NCBI GenBank assembly: GCA_000002445.1
Contig: CH464491.1
Coordinates: 960,001-1,024,000 of the forward strand
DNA from: Trypanosoma brucei
Lineage: Eukaryota
DNA length: 64,000 nucleotides
Direction: 5' to 3'
Shown here: positions 29,096 to 40,811 of the stretch, piece by piece
How positions within the stretch are numbered: the first letter of the stretch is position 1
How the letters are laid out: each line of letters opens with the position of its first letter
Notes under the pieces: model-generated
Told to the model about the DNA's origin: nothing
Database searches by the model: none
What the model saw: the letters and a program-made list of their open reading frames with translations, nothing else
Position numbers and translations under genes: made by a program

Positions 29096-32000
29096 ATGAA
29101 CAAGGCGGGTGTGTATTCTCTCCGCACTGACCCTTCCCTACAGGATTACTACGACGCCTGCGCAGAGGGGAGTGGAGATGAGGGTAATGGCAGCGGGGAT
29201 GAAAGTGATCAGGATTCTGGGAACTACTGGCGCTCCACGCGGCGCTCGCCGCTTCGTGGCAAAGCCCGGCTAAGGCTTTACCAGCGTGATTCCGTCCAGA
29301 AACTGCTGCGCGATCAGGGCTACTTCGCGAGTCGGGGCCCCGAAGCGGAAGCCGCAGCCTCTCTTCTCTCTAGGCCTCTGGTTTTTGCCGGTGGGAGCCA
29401 CGAGGCAAACATGTCGTGCTCAAGACAGCTACTTCCGCCATGCACAAGCAATGACAGTTACGTTCCCACAACGGAAGAGCGACTCATTTTTGATGCACTG
29501 TGTGCGCTGCGCCAATCGCCCAGTACAAGCTTTGCTGCGTCAGCAGGCCCCGAGGGAGCCAGTAATCTTGATCGCCCGGCCGTCTGGGCGCTACGGAGGG
29601 ATGTAATGCATACTGCGTCATTGAGGGGAATCTCTCTTAGCGTCCGTTCACTCGTGGATACGATACTCACTGGTTCCAATGAGGTGGCACGGGCCGAGTG
29701 GCAACTTCAGTCTATTTCAACATCCCTCTCCAAAGAAGATCTGAATACAATGGAAGATGCTTTCACCGATTATTCCGTAACTACCAGTGGGGATGAGGCA
29801 TTAATGTTGGCGTCACACCTCGTCCTCCGTCGGCTCTGCGGCATTGTTCGAAGTATCATGCGGGATGTTTCGATGTTGGCGCTGGGTTTCCTGGAAGATG
29901 AAGAGAGACAGCAGAGGCAAACTAACTCCTCAAGCTTCACGTACCATAGGAGGATGGAAATAGAAAAAGGCGTTGAAGAGGTGCTTCTTCCTCTGCGGCG
30001 GTGCATTCACATAATAGACTGCGCTTGCAAGCTGGAGGAGCGTGCAGAAAGCGAAACGGGCGAAGAAGATGACATAGACTCTATCGATCGTGCTTCAGGG
30101 TTGATGGACTACCTTATTGTTCGGATGAGTGCGCTTCAGGACAGTAGCACGATGGATTTATACCGGTTCTACATGGTGCTTTTGATGTTCTTCAGTTGGC
30201 CGTACGTGCAGCTCATAACGTCTGCTATTTTTGGTTTCGTGACGAAGATCGATTCGGACATGTGGAGGTCGCGTGTGCCGCGTATCTTCCGCCTCTCTTT
30301 TTCCCATATCCGTGTGGGGGAGGACCCCCGACGGGGTCAGAAGGCAGCCATCCTCCCAACGGATATACTTTCTCACGTCTTTTTGTGCGTTGGACATGCT
30401 CGACCGGAGGGGCGGCGGTGGTCTGGACGCGATGAGGGAGAGGGTGGGCACCAGCGGCAGAGGCAGTCGTTAAGCCGAGCCGAGAGGCGGGCCGCATATG
30501 GGTCAATGATGTCGTCGCGTAGCTTCATTCTTCATAGCTTTGTTGCCTTCGCTCGGCAAAGAGCGCTCAAGGGGTGGCGGCGCAAGCGAATGGCGGACCA
30601 TCACGCCATCTCTGGTTGTGTAGAGCAAGACGAGTGGGAGTTGTGTCGGTTTGGGCGCCTCGGATCTTCTGTTGAAGGTGGCGCCACAGATGCGTTGCCG
30701 CTAGCGTTGTGTACTTGTCATACAAGTGCGTCCACTCCCGTTGGGGTTGGGGCAACAAAATGGGGGCTTTGCGTAGAAAACTACAAAACTCATCACAACA
30801 TTGCACTCACCGATGGTGACAGACAGGAAAAAAGTGCGACTGGGGGGCGCTCGGACCTGTGGCTGCACCCGTTTATCCCGGCTGCTAGATGGGTGACAGT
30901 AAGTCTGCTTGTCCCCATCGCGCAAGTTGTGCAGCGGTTGCAAGAACGAGGACTGACCGACTTGTTGTCGGTTGCTGTCGTGCCTCCCTGTGTTAATAGC
31001 AGCGATACCGCTGACTTCGACGACCGCAATGAAACGGACGATGGGGCTCATATGGTCGAAGAGGGCAGTAGTATGGGGGAATTTCCCTCTTTGAAGTCAA
31101 TAAACGCTTTGCAAGTGTACAGCAGCGTCTCCGACCCGAGTGAAAGCCGTGCAAGTTTTCGCGACTACATGTCGTTGTTCATTGATATTGCGCTGTGTCG
31201 TGACACAGAGCGCATTGTGCACAAATTTCTGTATCGTCTTTTCACAGAGTCGCATTGGTGGTACCGTTGCGGTGAAGCGGAATACGCGTGCAGTGGGACC
31301 GCGTCTAGCTTCATTTCAAACACCTTCGCGGAGGCGATTAAAGAACATCCTCTCGGGCAGTTTGTTCGCCTCTCCGTCGCACCCAAGTTAGAGGTTGTAG
31401 ATGAGAATGACAATGGGAGCACCCGTGTTGATTGTCAGTCAGAAATGCTCCGCACTTTCGCCGCGTTTGAGCTCGTCTTTACTCTCCCGCCCGATGTTGA
31501 TCTTATACTTGTCCCCCGATATCTCTCAGTTGAGTGGGATGAGAGTGGAGATGTGCGGGAGACTTACACCTCCTATTTTTGGAAGCGGCGGCAATGCAGC
31601 GAGGAGCGAACAGGGCAACCAGCGGAATTGACGGATGCAACAGGGCAGCGGGCGCGAGATAGCTGGAGTTACTGCTTTGGTTACCTGTGTTCGCTTTACT
31701 ACGCCCAAATATCACTTCGAGAGCAAAGGAAGCGACTGCAGCGGCAGGACGTTGACGAATACAACAGCGCAGCAGCGCCAGGTGAGGCACTATTCGGGTA
31801 CCGTCATCGTGCTGTACGCGTTATTAGGGGCCTTGGTAGTGCCTACTTCGAGCTTTCATTTGCAGTTGATTGCCTTCTTAGTTTCAATAAAAACGTGGTA
31901 ACTGTTGTGGCGTGCGAAATGGAGAAACTGACGAGAGTGGGGTCCGCGAGTTCTTGTATAGCCCTGTGCCAGAGCCTTGACGCCTTGCTCCTTCGACTGC

Positions 32001-32266
32001 TCATTGTCTGCTTTCCGGAAGGAGCCAGCTCAAGTCTTGCGGGCGCATCAGCTGCCAAAACTTCCATTACTAACTCTGTTACTGCCCTGCTAGTAATTGC
32101 TTTGGACCCAGCAAGTCTTCCGGTTAGACGGGTGATGTCGTGCACACGCAGCGCCGTCGAAGCCCTTGTGGCGGTTGTACGGACGCTTCCAGCATCATCG
32201 GCGGTCCGAAAGCACGTCAAGCCGCTGTTGGTACTTCTCACTTTCAACCGATTTTACGGTGAGTAG
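29096..32266 (+). CDS. Hypothetical protein (1,056 aa; acidic Ser/Asp/Gly-rich N-terminus)
   Basis: Long uninterrupted ORF with an ATG start, same strand as its neighbours. No domain recognised by eye. Its length makes a chance ORF very unlikely. Confidence 0.8.
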   Translation: MNKAGVYSLRTDPSLQDYYDACAEGSGDEGNGSGDESDQDSGNYWRSTRRSPLRGKARLRLYQRDSVQKLLRDQGYFASRGPEAEAAASLLSRPLVFAGGSHEANMSCSRQLLPPCTSNDSYVPTTEERLIFDALCALRQSPSTSFAASAGPEGASNLDRPAVWALRRDVMHTASLRGISLSVRSLVDTILTGSNEVARAEWQLQSISTSLSKEDLNTMEDAFTDYSVTTSGDEALMLASHLVLRRLCGIVRSIMRDVSMLALGFLEDEERQQRQTNSSSFTYHRRMEIEKGVEEVLLPLRRCIHIIDCACKLEERAESETGEEDDIDSIDRASGLMDYLIVRMSALQDSSTMDLYRFYMVLLMFFSWPYVQLITSAIFGFVTKIDSDMWRSRVPRIFRLSFSHIRVGEDPRRGQKAAILPTDILSHVFLCVGHARPEGRRWSGRDEGEGGHQRQRQSLSRAERRAAYGSMMSSRSFILHSFVAFARQRALKGWRRKRMADHHAISGCVEQDEWELCRFGRLGSSVEGGATDALPLALCTCHTSASTPVGVGATKWGLCVENYKTHHNIALTDGDRQEKSATGGRSDLWLHPFIPAARWVTVSLLVPIAQVVQRLQERGLTDLLSVAVVPPCVNSSDTADFDDRNETDDGAHMVEEGSSMGEFPSLKSINALQVYSSVSDPSESRASFRDYMSLFIDIALCRDTERIVHKFLYRLFTESHWWYRCGEAEYACSGTASSFISNTFAEAIKEHPLGQFVRLSVAPKLEVVDENDNGSTRVDCQSEMLRTFAAFELVFTLPPDVDLILVPRYLSVEWDESGDVRETYTSYFWKRRQCSEERTGQPAELTDATGQRARDSWSYCFGYLCSLYYAQISLREQRKRLQRQDVDEYNSAAAPGEALFGYRHRAVRVIRGLGSAYFELSFAVDCLLSFNKNVVTVVACEMEKLTRVGSASSCIALCQSLDALLLRLLIVCFPEGASSSLAGASAAKTSITNSVTALLVIALDPASLPVRRVMSCTRSAVEALVAVVRTLPASSAVRKHVKPLLVLLTFNRFYGE

Positions 32267-32597
32267 TCTCTGCTGTAGATTTCTTGTTTGTGTAGACAGG
32301 CGGGTTACTGTGCCGATATAACTCTTGCCGTCACAGAGCCCTTATCCCGGCGCAAAGCGTTCCCGGGCAGCGGCAACTGTGCGTATCCCGCACTGGTGGG
32401 AAGATACAAACGATATTACTGCAATAAATTTCTTTGTGTTTGAATTTGCCGGTAGTTGTTGCACTCGCCAATTCGTTGGTGATTGTTACTTCATCACTTC
32501 CCTGTCTTCTCCTCACATCTATTATTCCCCTCCAAGTGTGCTCCGTCCGCGCGCAACCCAATTGAGGCCAAGGAGTGCGCTCAAGTACTGTCCAGTC

Positions 32598-34250
32598 ATG
32601 GTGCATAACACCTCCACTGCGCCTGATCCAGGGAATAAGGAAGATGACAACGAGGACTTCCTCGCAGTGGAAGAGGGGGAAATGATGGAAGAGGAGGGTG
32701 AAGAAGAAATGAGTGAAGAAGAGGTGGGTGGCTTAAGCTGCGTCGGCGCCCTTGTCAGCAGTTGTGGGAATGAAACTGTGCTTTTACGCAATGACGTGTC
32801 AGAGTTTACCCCTGCAGAACTAGAGGAGCTGGGACGCATGGAATTTGCTGATGACGATTATTACGGGAACATCCAAATGAATCGGGAGGTTGACGCAAAA
32901 GGGGGTGATGGCTCTAGTGACGACGATGACAGTCCACAAGTTGGCAGTCATATCCACGGTACCCGTAGTCTCGTCAGCAGCAGTGGAAGGGTGTCCGCGA
33001 TGCACAGTGCTCTTCGCCCCAAAACAGAGGCTGGGGGCTGTGCTTACAAGCAATGTACGTTGACGCAGCTTCTCCCTGCCCGGGGGCGTGTGGGTGGAAC
33101 TGATGCCATAGTAGATGCAGTGTTGCAGCAGCAGCAGTTGCAAGTGGCCGATCGCGGTCTACGTGACACGTTACCCATTGAATGTTTCCTCAATCTCACG
33201 CATCTGTACATGCAGCACAACGAGGTTGAGTCACTCGAAGGTCTTGTGCTACTTGTTCAGTTGCGTGTTCTCGTCGCTCACCACAACGCTGTCACGTCAT
33301 TACGTCCCATCGCTGTGCTTCCTGCTTTGAGCTTCATTGATGCCCGAAGCAACAAAATCGAGGATGTAAACCCCATGGAAGATTTACCTTGTGACTCACT
33401 GAAGTACTTGGCCTTACTCGACAACCCATGCTGTAATGGGGATCGCTCGGTAGATCGCGAGCAGATTATGAAGGCTTGCCCGAAGTTGGCAATGCTTGAT
33501 GACGTGCCACGGGACCCGTCGGCCGAAAAGGTGACTGGCAGCGAAGAGGAAGAGAATAGCGATGAAGAAGATGGGTGCAAAAGATGGCACGCAGTCAGTG
33601 AGACTCCAACCGGCTGCAGCAAGGGCGTTTCCTCGCGCATCCACTTATATCGGTCTCTGAAGATGTGTGAACCGCTGCCCGTGTCAGTGCCGTCCCTGGA
33701 ACCCATACCAGTCACCTCACAAGACATCGACACAAACAGAGTGACAACTACCACAGACCGACTCTGTGAGCAACTTAGGCATCGCTCTAGCGCCATACGC
33801 CGCATGGCGGGACACCATGCATTAGGTCAGACAGAGGTCAGCGACCCTGTGTGGGATTTTGGGAATCATGTTGAAAATGACGGTGATTCCGAACACCGCA
33901 GTAACGGGAGGAGGAGACTAGATTCACCAGAATCCACCCTGTCATTAACGTTGCCGCCAGAGTTGGAACAGGAGCGGGCGACAAAGGCTCGTCTTTATGA
34001 TGATATTCGCTTTGCTCTGCAGGCGGATGACAGGCGGCTCCGGCAGCTCGCGGGGGTTGTTTGGGACGACGTGGACAAAGTGTTGTCAACAAGGCAGGCA
34101 CTGGTGGGCCACCGACGCCATCGAATGCACACGGCGCATCAGCAGCCATCCGATGCGTATGCAAAGAGCCTTGAGATACTCAAGCACGAAAATCGTGTAG
34201 CCAACTTGGACAAGTATAGGAAGCAAGAGAATGCCAATGCACCGCAGTAG
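32598..34250 (+). CDS. Leucine-rich repeat protein (SDS22-like LRRs + LRRcap), acidic N-terminal region
   Basis: The ORF-track start 32325 is TTG; the first in-frame ATG is 32598, preceded by a polyY tract at ~32480-32545. LRRs: LTHLYMQHNEVESLEGLVLLVQLRVLVAHHNAVTSLRPIAVLPALSFIDARSNKIEDV. An LRRcap-like LKYLALLDNPC follows. There is a Glu-rich stretch EEGEMMEEEGEEEMSEEE. Confidence 0.75.
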   Translation: MVHNTSTAPDPGNKEDDNEDFLAVEEGEMMEEEGEEEMSEEEVGGLSCVGALVSSCGNETVLLRNDVSEFTPAELEELGRMEFADDDYYGNIQMNREVDAKGGDGSSDDDDSPQVGSHIHGTRSLVSSSGRVSAMHSALRPKTEAGGCAYKQCTLTQLLPARGRVGGTDAIVDAVLQQQQLQVADRGLRDTLPIECFLNLTHLYMQHNEVESLEGLVLLVQLRVLVAHHNAVTSLRPIAVLPALSFIDARSNKIEDVNPMEDLPCDSLKYLALLDNPCCNGDRSVDREQIMKACPKLAMLDDVPRDPSAEKVTGSEEEENSDEEDGCKRWHAVSETPTGCSKGVSSRIHLYRSLKMCEPLPVSVPSLEPIPVTSQDIDTNRVTTTTDRLCEQLRHRSSAIRRMAGHHALGQTEVSDPVWDFGNHVENDGDSEHRSNGRRRLDSPESTLSLTLPPELEQERATKARLYDDIRFALQADDRRLRQLAGVVWDDVDKVLSTRQALVGHRRHRMHTAHQQPSDAYAKSLEILKHENRVANLDKYRKQENANAPQ

Positions 34251-34511
34251 TTGATTACCACTCGTTCAGTCTCCCGATTCCTTCCATTCCATAGAAGCAA
34301 GTGTATATTTGTTACTCGGCATATGCGATATATATGTACATGTATCCGCACTGGCCGTACCCTGTTGTGCAACTAAATATACTTGAAGCCTCTCATTGGG
34401 GTGGTTTCCAGTACTGTTTTTCTCACTCTTACTAATATTGCCATTATTTGCATCGACTTGATAATCCTTGATTTTCTTTGTGGGCATCGGTATCTGTTTC
34501 CTGTGGTTCTT

Positions 34512-34527
34512 TGTGTGTGTGTGTGTG
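34512..34527. repeat. (TG)8 microsatellite
   Basis: Direct read. Confidence 0.9.
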
Positions 34528-34795
34528 CTTTACCCTTAGCTTCCCTCATCTGTTTACTTGAATTTCATTTTTCTTTTCTTTTGCTGTTGAAAACGTTCCG
34601 GTTTGACTCTCAATGTGCTGAAACAGTACGAAGTGTGACTTGAGTCGATTCCCCACGCGCGAGAACCCGTCTCCACATAAGATTTTGACGTATTGCAAGC
34701 GCGCTGCGGTTGGTCCGGAACCTCCAACAGCACTGCGGGGACTTGGTGTAAAAAAAAACGAAGGGAGGGTGAAACATACCCTCGTACTCAAGTAA

Positions 34796-35413
34796 ATGAA
34801 ACCGGAAGGTGCAAAAGGAGCGGTGGTTAGTGACGACGTGGGCGGTGACTCCGCCAACTTGGCCTACTGTTCTGATCGCATCACACTCTTAAGCCGAGCG
34901 GACATTGAAGCTTTCACTTGTTGTAGTAACGGTGCAGGTGGTGGTGGCGCGTCTAATTCAGAGAATCATAACGGTGGTTGTGGGGGACTTGCGTCAGAGG
35001 CTCAATCAGTGGATCCCTGCAGCACTTTAGACACATGCATAGCGGCACTTCCAATGTTCTTGCAATCGGAGGCGCTGGTGCTACGACGACATGAACAGCA
35101 ATTCAGGCATCACATGAAGGAGCTGGTAGAATTGACTGAATGTATAACGTTGCTGTGTGATGGGTCGCTACGGCAACACGCGGCCGCTGTTGCGGGGCAA
35201 CCTGCAGAGCAGTCGGCAGATGCGCAAAGGGCGGAAAGTGCTGCGTTGCACCGTATGTTGCACCGGGCGGAGGAATTGGAACGCTACGTGCGCGCCGCAG
35301 CTGTGGAGCGGTTGCGCAGTGCGCAACGGATGGTGCTAGCGGCTAGCACCACGAAGCGGAGGGAGAAGGTTGGGCGAAAGTCGGCAGTACGACCCCCGAA
35401 AGCAACGAAGTAG
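34796..35413 (+). CDS. Hypothetical protein (205 aa)
   Basis: ATG start preceded by a polyY tract (34533-34590). Ala/Arg-rich, predicted helical C-terminal half. No domain identified. Its position in the gene array supports a real gene. Confidence 0.45.
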   Translation: MKPEGAKGAVVSDDVGGDSANLAYCSDRITLLSRADIEAFTCCSNGAGGGGASNSENHNGGCGGLASEAQSVDPCSTLDTCIAALPMFLQSEALVLRRHEQQFRHHMKELVELTECITLLCDGSLRQHAAAVAGQPAEQSADAQRAESAALHRMLHRAEELERYVRAAAVERLRSAQRMVLAASTTKRREKVGRKSAVRPPKATK

Positions 35414-36238
35414 TACTGCACAAGCCCAAGACAGTGAAATATATCCACGCATCGAGATGTGAAGTGGTAGTCGTAGCAGTGCAGCACGGGGTTTTCGTGT
35501 CGCGTGCTCCTTGGTATTCACTTACGAAATTGCGGAGTGTACATGTGTATTTGCTGTGGATGCGGAGTGGTACGTTTCCAAAGGCCCTTTTCTCTGTTGA
35601 TGCTCTAGTTACGTTAAAAGGGGAGCGTGTACGCCTTCACCGGTACACCAGGAGTGCTAGTCCCTCAATTTTCTACTTCATTTCTTCCCCACACCCCTGT
35701 GACCATTCTCTTTGCCAGTGTTATTGTTTAGTCCTTCACCCTCAGTAGGTTCCGTTATACAGGGTTAAGGGTAAGACTAACTTTCGTTCGCATTGTGGTT
35801 TATTGAGACAAGGGGGAATATACAGCGAACACACGTGCCAGTTTCGTTGCTGTGTCTTATTGTTTTCATTTTTCTCCACTATATTCTTCCTTGCTTATTG
35901 GCTCCGGTTTGTACTTCTAACGAGTGGAGAAAGAAAAGGGGGGGAGGTTACCAGGAAGGTGGCTTCGTTGTTTTTTCCCTTCGTTAAGTTTCTGTTGGGG
36001 GAAGGGCTGCACACCTCATCCGTTCATGTGGGAGGGGGAAAGAAGGTTGTGAGGTGGGAAGGTAAAATGCTTGAACCCTTAACGAAAAAAGAAGGGAAAT
36101 ACGCTGGCGTGCACCTCTCTCCACCTTATTTCATCTTTTTCCATCCAATCATTTCCTAGGACCAACTCGAATTGAAAGCATCCGAGGACAGATAGAAAAG
36201 AGGAAGGAGGCAAAAGAATTCGTGGCTTAGTTTGAAAT

Positions 36239-37831
36239 ATGGTGTATGAGTTTGTGCTTGAGCACCAACCCGAAGCTGTGGGTACGGCGGTTCTTAACGT
36301 AATTCCGAAGGTGCGCCAGCCGCCCAAGAAGTCAGATGGTGACGTGCAGGAATATGCCCTTGCGCGCACCCAAGTGCCAAACCAATGCGCTGATGGCGGG
36401 GCTCAGTGGACAGGGGTAGAACCGGGTCCTTCTATCACTTTTCTGCCACAGCATATTCCGAACATACATTTCCAAGAGCGGCAACAGCAGAAGCAGCCAT
36501 CGTTGCGCGTTGGTGGCGTCGCTGTCTGCGCTGACGTGGGCCAGGAAGGGCTTGGCAGCAACGCGAACCCAGTCATGCACGGCAACTTCGGCACAAAATC
36601 GCCGATTGGAGGCCCGCCGAAAACCACTACTCTCCGGAAGACACGGACGAATAAGCCATACACCAGCCTTGTTCCGTTCTCCCCTGAGGAGGAGGAGCAA
36701 GAGGGGAAATACCGGAGGGATTTTGGACACGTTCGACCTAGTGAACAGGAGCTGATGAAGGGGCAACAGCAGTGCTTTTTGGGTCTTTATCAACGCCAAA
36801 AGGAACAAAGAGGTTCGCCAAATTGGAACCAGCAGGTCCAAGTGCTTAGTAGTGTGAAACAAGCACCTCAGTCGGATTACAAAATACAGGTGGGCAGTAA
36901 CAGTTGTTCCAACCTTACCGCTCTGTCTTCGGTACCAAGTGAGTGCTCTCCTGTACCGAAACCGCAAGTGCTGCAACAACAGATGAGTCCACCTCCGTAT
37001 TTTGGTCCACAGGAGGACCTGCATGGTTGGCTTCCTGGAGATGGTATGCGGAGTAACCACAGCAGCCACATACCAAGTGGGTCCATGCAAATGAAGTCAC
37101 GGTGTCGTGGTGGTGTGAACGTTGTAGGCAACGCTTTGAACCCTCAGGAGTACGGCAGGAGCATGTCCACAAACTCTGGTCCGCAGCCGCTGGTAGGGGT
37201 GGTGCCCAATCAACGACAAGAACAACAACAGTTGCAGTGGTGTGAGTGGCAAGGGGCACCCGGACCGCATGCAATGGTTCCTTCTGAGTCAGTGATGCCA
37301 CCGCAGGCAACCAACTCCGCGATGCCACAACATGTACCCGCCTATTATCCTCCACCAGGTGACGGCGGTTTCTCCGCTTTCCCCCAGGGCAATCGGACGC
37401 CTCAACACAGCGACCCGTCGTGTATGTCCATGAGTCCCACACCAGCGTGCGGGCCGTTTCTACAAGACCGCTGGGCCCATCCACGAGTCGTGAACGAACC
37501 ACAAGTGCAGTGGCACCCTGCACCCATGCCCTACCCTCTTCCGCCGTCATACAACAGTGAGGGTAGTCGGCCATCAAGCCTCTCTGTCTCGGTGGAGCCG
37601 TCTGCATACAACATGGAATACCATGACAACCAAAGACATATTATGCATCATCCAAACTCACAATGGGGTGGGGGTTGTGACGGGCCGAGGTTAACAGCAG
37701 CAACGCCCGGCTATCCATCACGTCGTGGGGGGCATGACGTGATGCGATGCCCTCAGTTTGTGCCACCACGTGGACCTGTCGCCCAATGGGCGATGGAAAG
37801 GACTATCGGACAGGACATGCATCCGTCTTAG
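36239..37831 (+). CDS. Pro/Gln-rich low-complexity protein (530 aa)
   Basis: ATG start; long ORF in the same orientation. Composition is biased toward P, Q, G, S and N with PPxY-like and QQQ runs. No enzymatic motif. It is followed by a 3.6 kb gene-free region. Confidence 0.65.
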   Translation: MVYEFVLEHQPEAVGTAVLNVIPKVRQPPKKSDGDVQEYALARTQVPNQCADGGAQWTGVEPGPSITFLPQHIPNIHFQERQQQKQPSLRVGGVAVCADVGQEGLGSNANPVMHGNFGTKSPIGGPPKTTTLRKTRTNKPYTSLVPFSPEEEEQEGKYRRDFGHVRPSEQELMKGQQQCFLGLYQRQKEQRGSPNWNQQVQVLSSVKQAPQSDYKIQVGSNSCSNLTALSSVPSECSPVPKPQVLQQQMSPPPYFGPQEDLHGWLPGDGMRSNHSSHIPSGSMQMKSRCRGGVNVVGNALNPQEYGRSMSTNSGPQPLVGVVPNQRQEQQQLQWCEWQGAPGPHAMVPSESVMPPQATNSAMPQHVPAYYPPPGDGGFSAFPQGNRTPQHSDPSCMSMSPTPACGPFLQDRWAHPRVVNEPQVQWHPAPMPYPLPPSYNSEGSRPSSLSVSVEPSAYNMEYHDNQRHIMHHPNSQWGGGCDGPRLTAATPGYPSRRGGHDVMRCPQFVPPRGPVAQWAMERTIGQDMHPS

Positions 37832-38734
37832 ATCCCACAGCTACACCAGCGGCTCCGACGCTGAAGGGACATCTGAAAGGGTGTGGTGTCGAAACACGTC
37901 GCGGGATCTTTTCAGACGACCCATTGAGTGAGGGGAAAGGGGGGAAAAGAATGGAAGAAGGTTAGCAGATGGAATGAACGAATGGGTCGTGTCAGGCATA
38001 GTGTGGGCGATGGAGTTGTCATGCTTTTATCGGTCGTTGGTGGTTAATATAGCAAATGTTATGGTGCGGCCAATTGCTAGAAGGGAAATCGAACAGGCAA
38101 CAAGTATTGTCTGTGCTCCGTTTAGCCCACTTGTGGACAGCAGTAGCAGGCTTATATTTACCATGCAGGGCTCTGCATATTTCGCGTTGCCAGTATGGAA
38201 AAAAAAAAGTGATGAGTAAACGGAAGGTGGAGGAACTTCCTTAACGAACCGAAGGGGAACGGTAGTTGCTAGACATCACGTGAACCAGAGATTTGTTCTC
38301 GCCGTACACTAAACAAGGCGTTATGTAGAAATGAAAAAAAAAATATAAGCGAAGCCCATGGGAGAGGAAACCTGGGAAGGGGGAGTTGATAAAGTCGGAA
38401 AGCGAAGGGGCCTCATATCTTTCTAGTGGCGCGTTTCCACATCGCATGGAGTTGTCCTTTTATCTCCATTTAACTTGCTCTCTTTTTGTTTCTTTCTTCT
38501 CGGTTTTATTGGCCCTCTTCATTTCGCTTTGCACTTCTTTATCTTCTGCTTCCCGTTACTTTTCCCTCCTCCTTACTACCGGGTGCAACGATTCCTCTCT
38601 CTCTCCGCTCGTTTTTTTCTCTTTTTATACGTTGTTATTTTTCGAACCTCGTTTGTTATTCCTTTTGTTTTTTTTGTTTCTTTATCTTTGGATGCGTGCG
38701 TGAGTTTGCTGTCCGTTAATTTGTTTACTTCCAG

Positions 38735-38758
38735 TATATATATATATATATATATATA
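38735..38758. repeat. (TA)12 microsatellite
   Basis: Direct read. Confidence 0.9.
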
Positions 38759-40792
38759 CGTATGAAGGTTACTGCGTTTTATTTTAAAAGAAAGTTGTTA
38801 TTCGGCCCTTTTCGTTTTTACGCTCTTATGTCTTGTGTGCTTATGCTGTCGTTTGTTGTTGATTTTCTTTTTATTGCAATGAGCCTGCTGATATCAATTT
38901 TTGACATCATATTCGTGTTGCCAATAAAAATGAAGAGATGAGATGAAAGTAAGGAAGAGCACAGAGAGGCGACAAAACACTTCAGTTTGGATGAGTCAAG
39001 CGAAATTACTCGATGTTATTGAGAGAAATAGAAAGTAGAAAGGGAAAAGGACACGGAAGAGGTTCTTTAGTGTTGCTTTTGCTCTACAATTAGTTTCAAC
39101 CTATTTGTTTCACTCGTTTATCTATTTATTTGTGGTGAAGGGTTGAACAGTGATGACGAGAGGAATATATATATATATATACATATTTTCAAAAAAGGAA
39201 AGGAAAGGAGGTGTGATTTAAAAAAAAAAAAAGGAAAGCCGATCACAAAAAGGTGCAGTGTCGTTTCTTTCATGTTCCGTTTGTTTGTTTTTCGATGAAA
39301 ATTATAACGAAAAAAGAATAATAGTAATAGCGTTGTTTGTCTTTTACTTTTATTTCAACTTCGTTGGTTTGGTTTTGTTTTCGTTTCAGTGTTTTTTTTT
39401 TCTTCTGTGCGTGCGTATGCTCAGTTTTTGTTTTTTGTGCATGGGGGTAAAAGAGTGATCAAAGACACGTGAGTTTTTGTTTCCATTTTGTTTTGTTTGT
39501 TAAATAAAGAAAAAGAGGGAGAAAACCGGAATGTGGAGTATAACTTAAGTGCGGTCATATGTGTGTGCGTGTATGACTGTATTTAAATAAATAACAAAAT
39601 GAAAATGAAACAACAACAAGGCGCAAACATGTGAGTATTCTCCCGGAGACGAAATGAAATAAGGAAGATCCAAAACAATACAGAACTCGCTGGTAGCAAG
39701 AGGTGCAAGAAAAATAAACACACAAATGCTTACAAGGAGAGGGTCCAGTTTCGCTATATGTATTAGTTGTGTCAATGTTATATTGTGGTTTCGTGTTATT
39801 TTTATATATATTAATATATTTTCATGTATTTACTTTTATATATTTTTATTTATCCATATTTTCATACTTTACTTGTATTATATTATATTATCTTATATAT
39901 ACATTTATATATGCGTGTACGTTTGGATATATGTATACATGCTTTACTCGTTCTGTCTGTGTGTGTCTTTCTTTTTGTGTTTACTTTGGTTTCTTGCTGG
40001 TTCATGACTCTGCGGTCTTCACCACAGAAATGTGCCTGCGGTGGGGGGAAATTTATACATATTTTTGTTACTTTGATAAAAACAACAACAAACAACAGCA
40101 ACACAAAAGAAGAAAGGACAAAAGGAGTATATTTAAAAAAAAAGAAACCGGGGAAAGCAACCGCGCTGTATGTATGATTGGGCTAAAAGCAAGAAAAGAT
40201 AATGGTAGTTTGTATTATTTTAGCCCCTTTATTTTCTTCGACAGGTCGATTCGGTTTTGCGGCGAGTGAAGGCCGAAGGTTTTGGCATCCAGTTGATTGT
40301 TTATCTTTTTATCAGGCGTGCACTTTGCCGACACTGTCTGACGCTCATTTTTTTTTTGTTTTTTGTCTTCTTTTACTTGTGTATTTTCCCAACCTCGCAT
40401 TTGATTCGTATTGTTCTTCTGTATTTCACTTATGTGGCACGACTTGGAAAAATATGAAAAAAAAAGGAAACAAAAGGGGAATTGTGAGCCGCAGAGAAAA
40501 TTTACATGTTACTGTTGTTGACGTTGTTTGTTTGGCTCTTGGTGACTTTTTTTGTGTGTGTGTTTGTCACCTCTTTCATCACCGTGACGAGTCTCCCTTC
40601 TTTGATGTTTAAAGAGAAGAAAAGGGGAAGGGGAAAAAAATGAAAAAGGAAGAGAAAAAGTAACTTGAAGGAAAAGGGATGCTCTCACGGTTCTTTGCGT
40701 TCGTTTATTAGTTGTGTTGAGGTTTACTGGTGTTTGCTTTTTGTCATTCCCCACTCATTCCTTCCTTCTTTTGTTGTCTCGGCCATGTTTCT

Positions 40793-40811
40793 TTTTTTTA
40801 AAAAAAAAAAA
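40793..40811. repeat. T7-A12 homopolymer junction
   Basis: Direct read of tttttttaaaaaaaaaaaa. Confidence 0.85.

Noticed and set aside
32325-32597. ORF-track starts at 32325, 58748, 51627, 26826 and 36.
   Set aside because: On direct reading these codons are TTG, TTG, TTG, GTG and TTG. The track labels alternative start codons as M. For a eukaryotic nuclear gene the first in-frame ATG was used instead (32598, 58778, 51666, 26829). The first gene is simply truncated.
38207-38213. GTGATGA C-box-like heptamer in the long gene-free interval, as a possible C/D snoRNA.
   Set aside because: No CTGA D-box within 60-120 nt downstream and no terminal stem. A single heptamer match is expected by chance.
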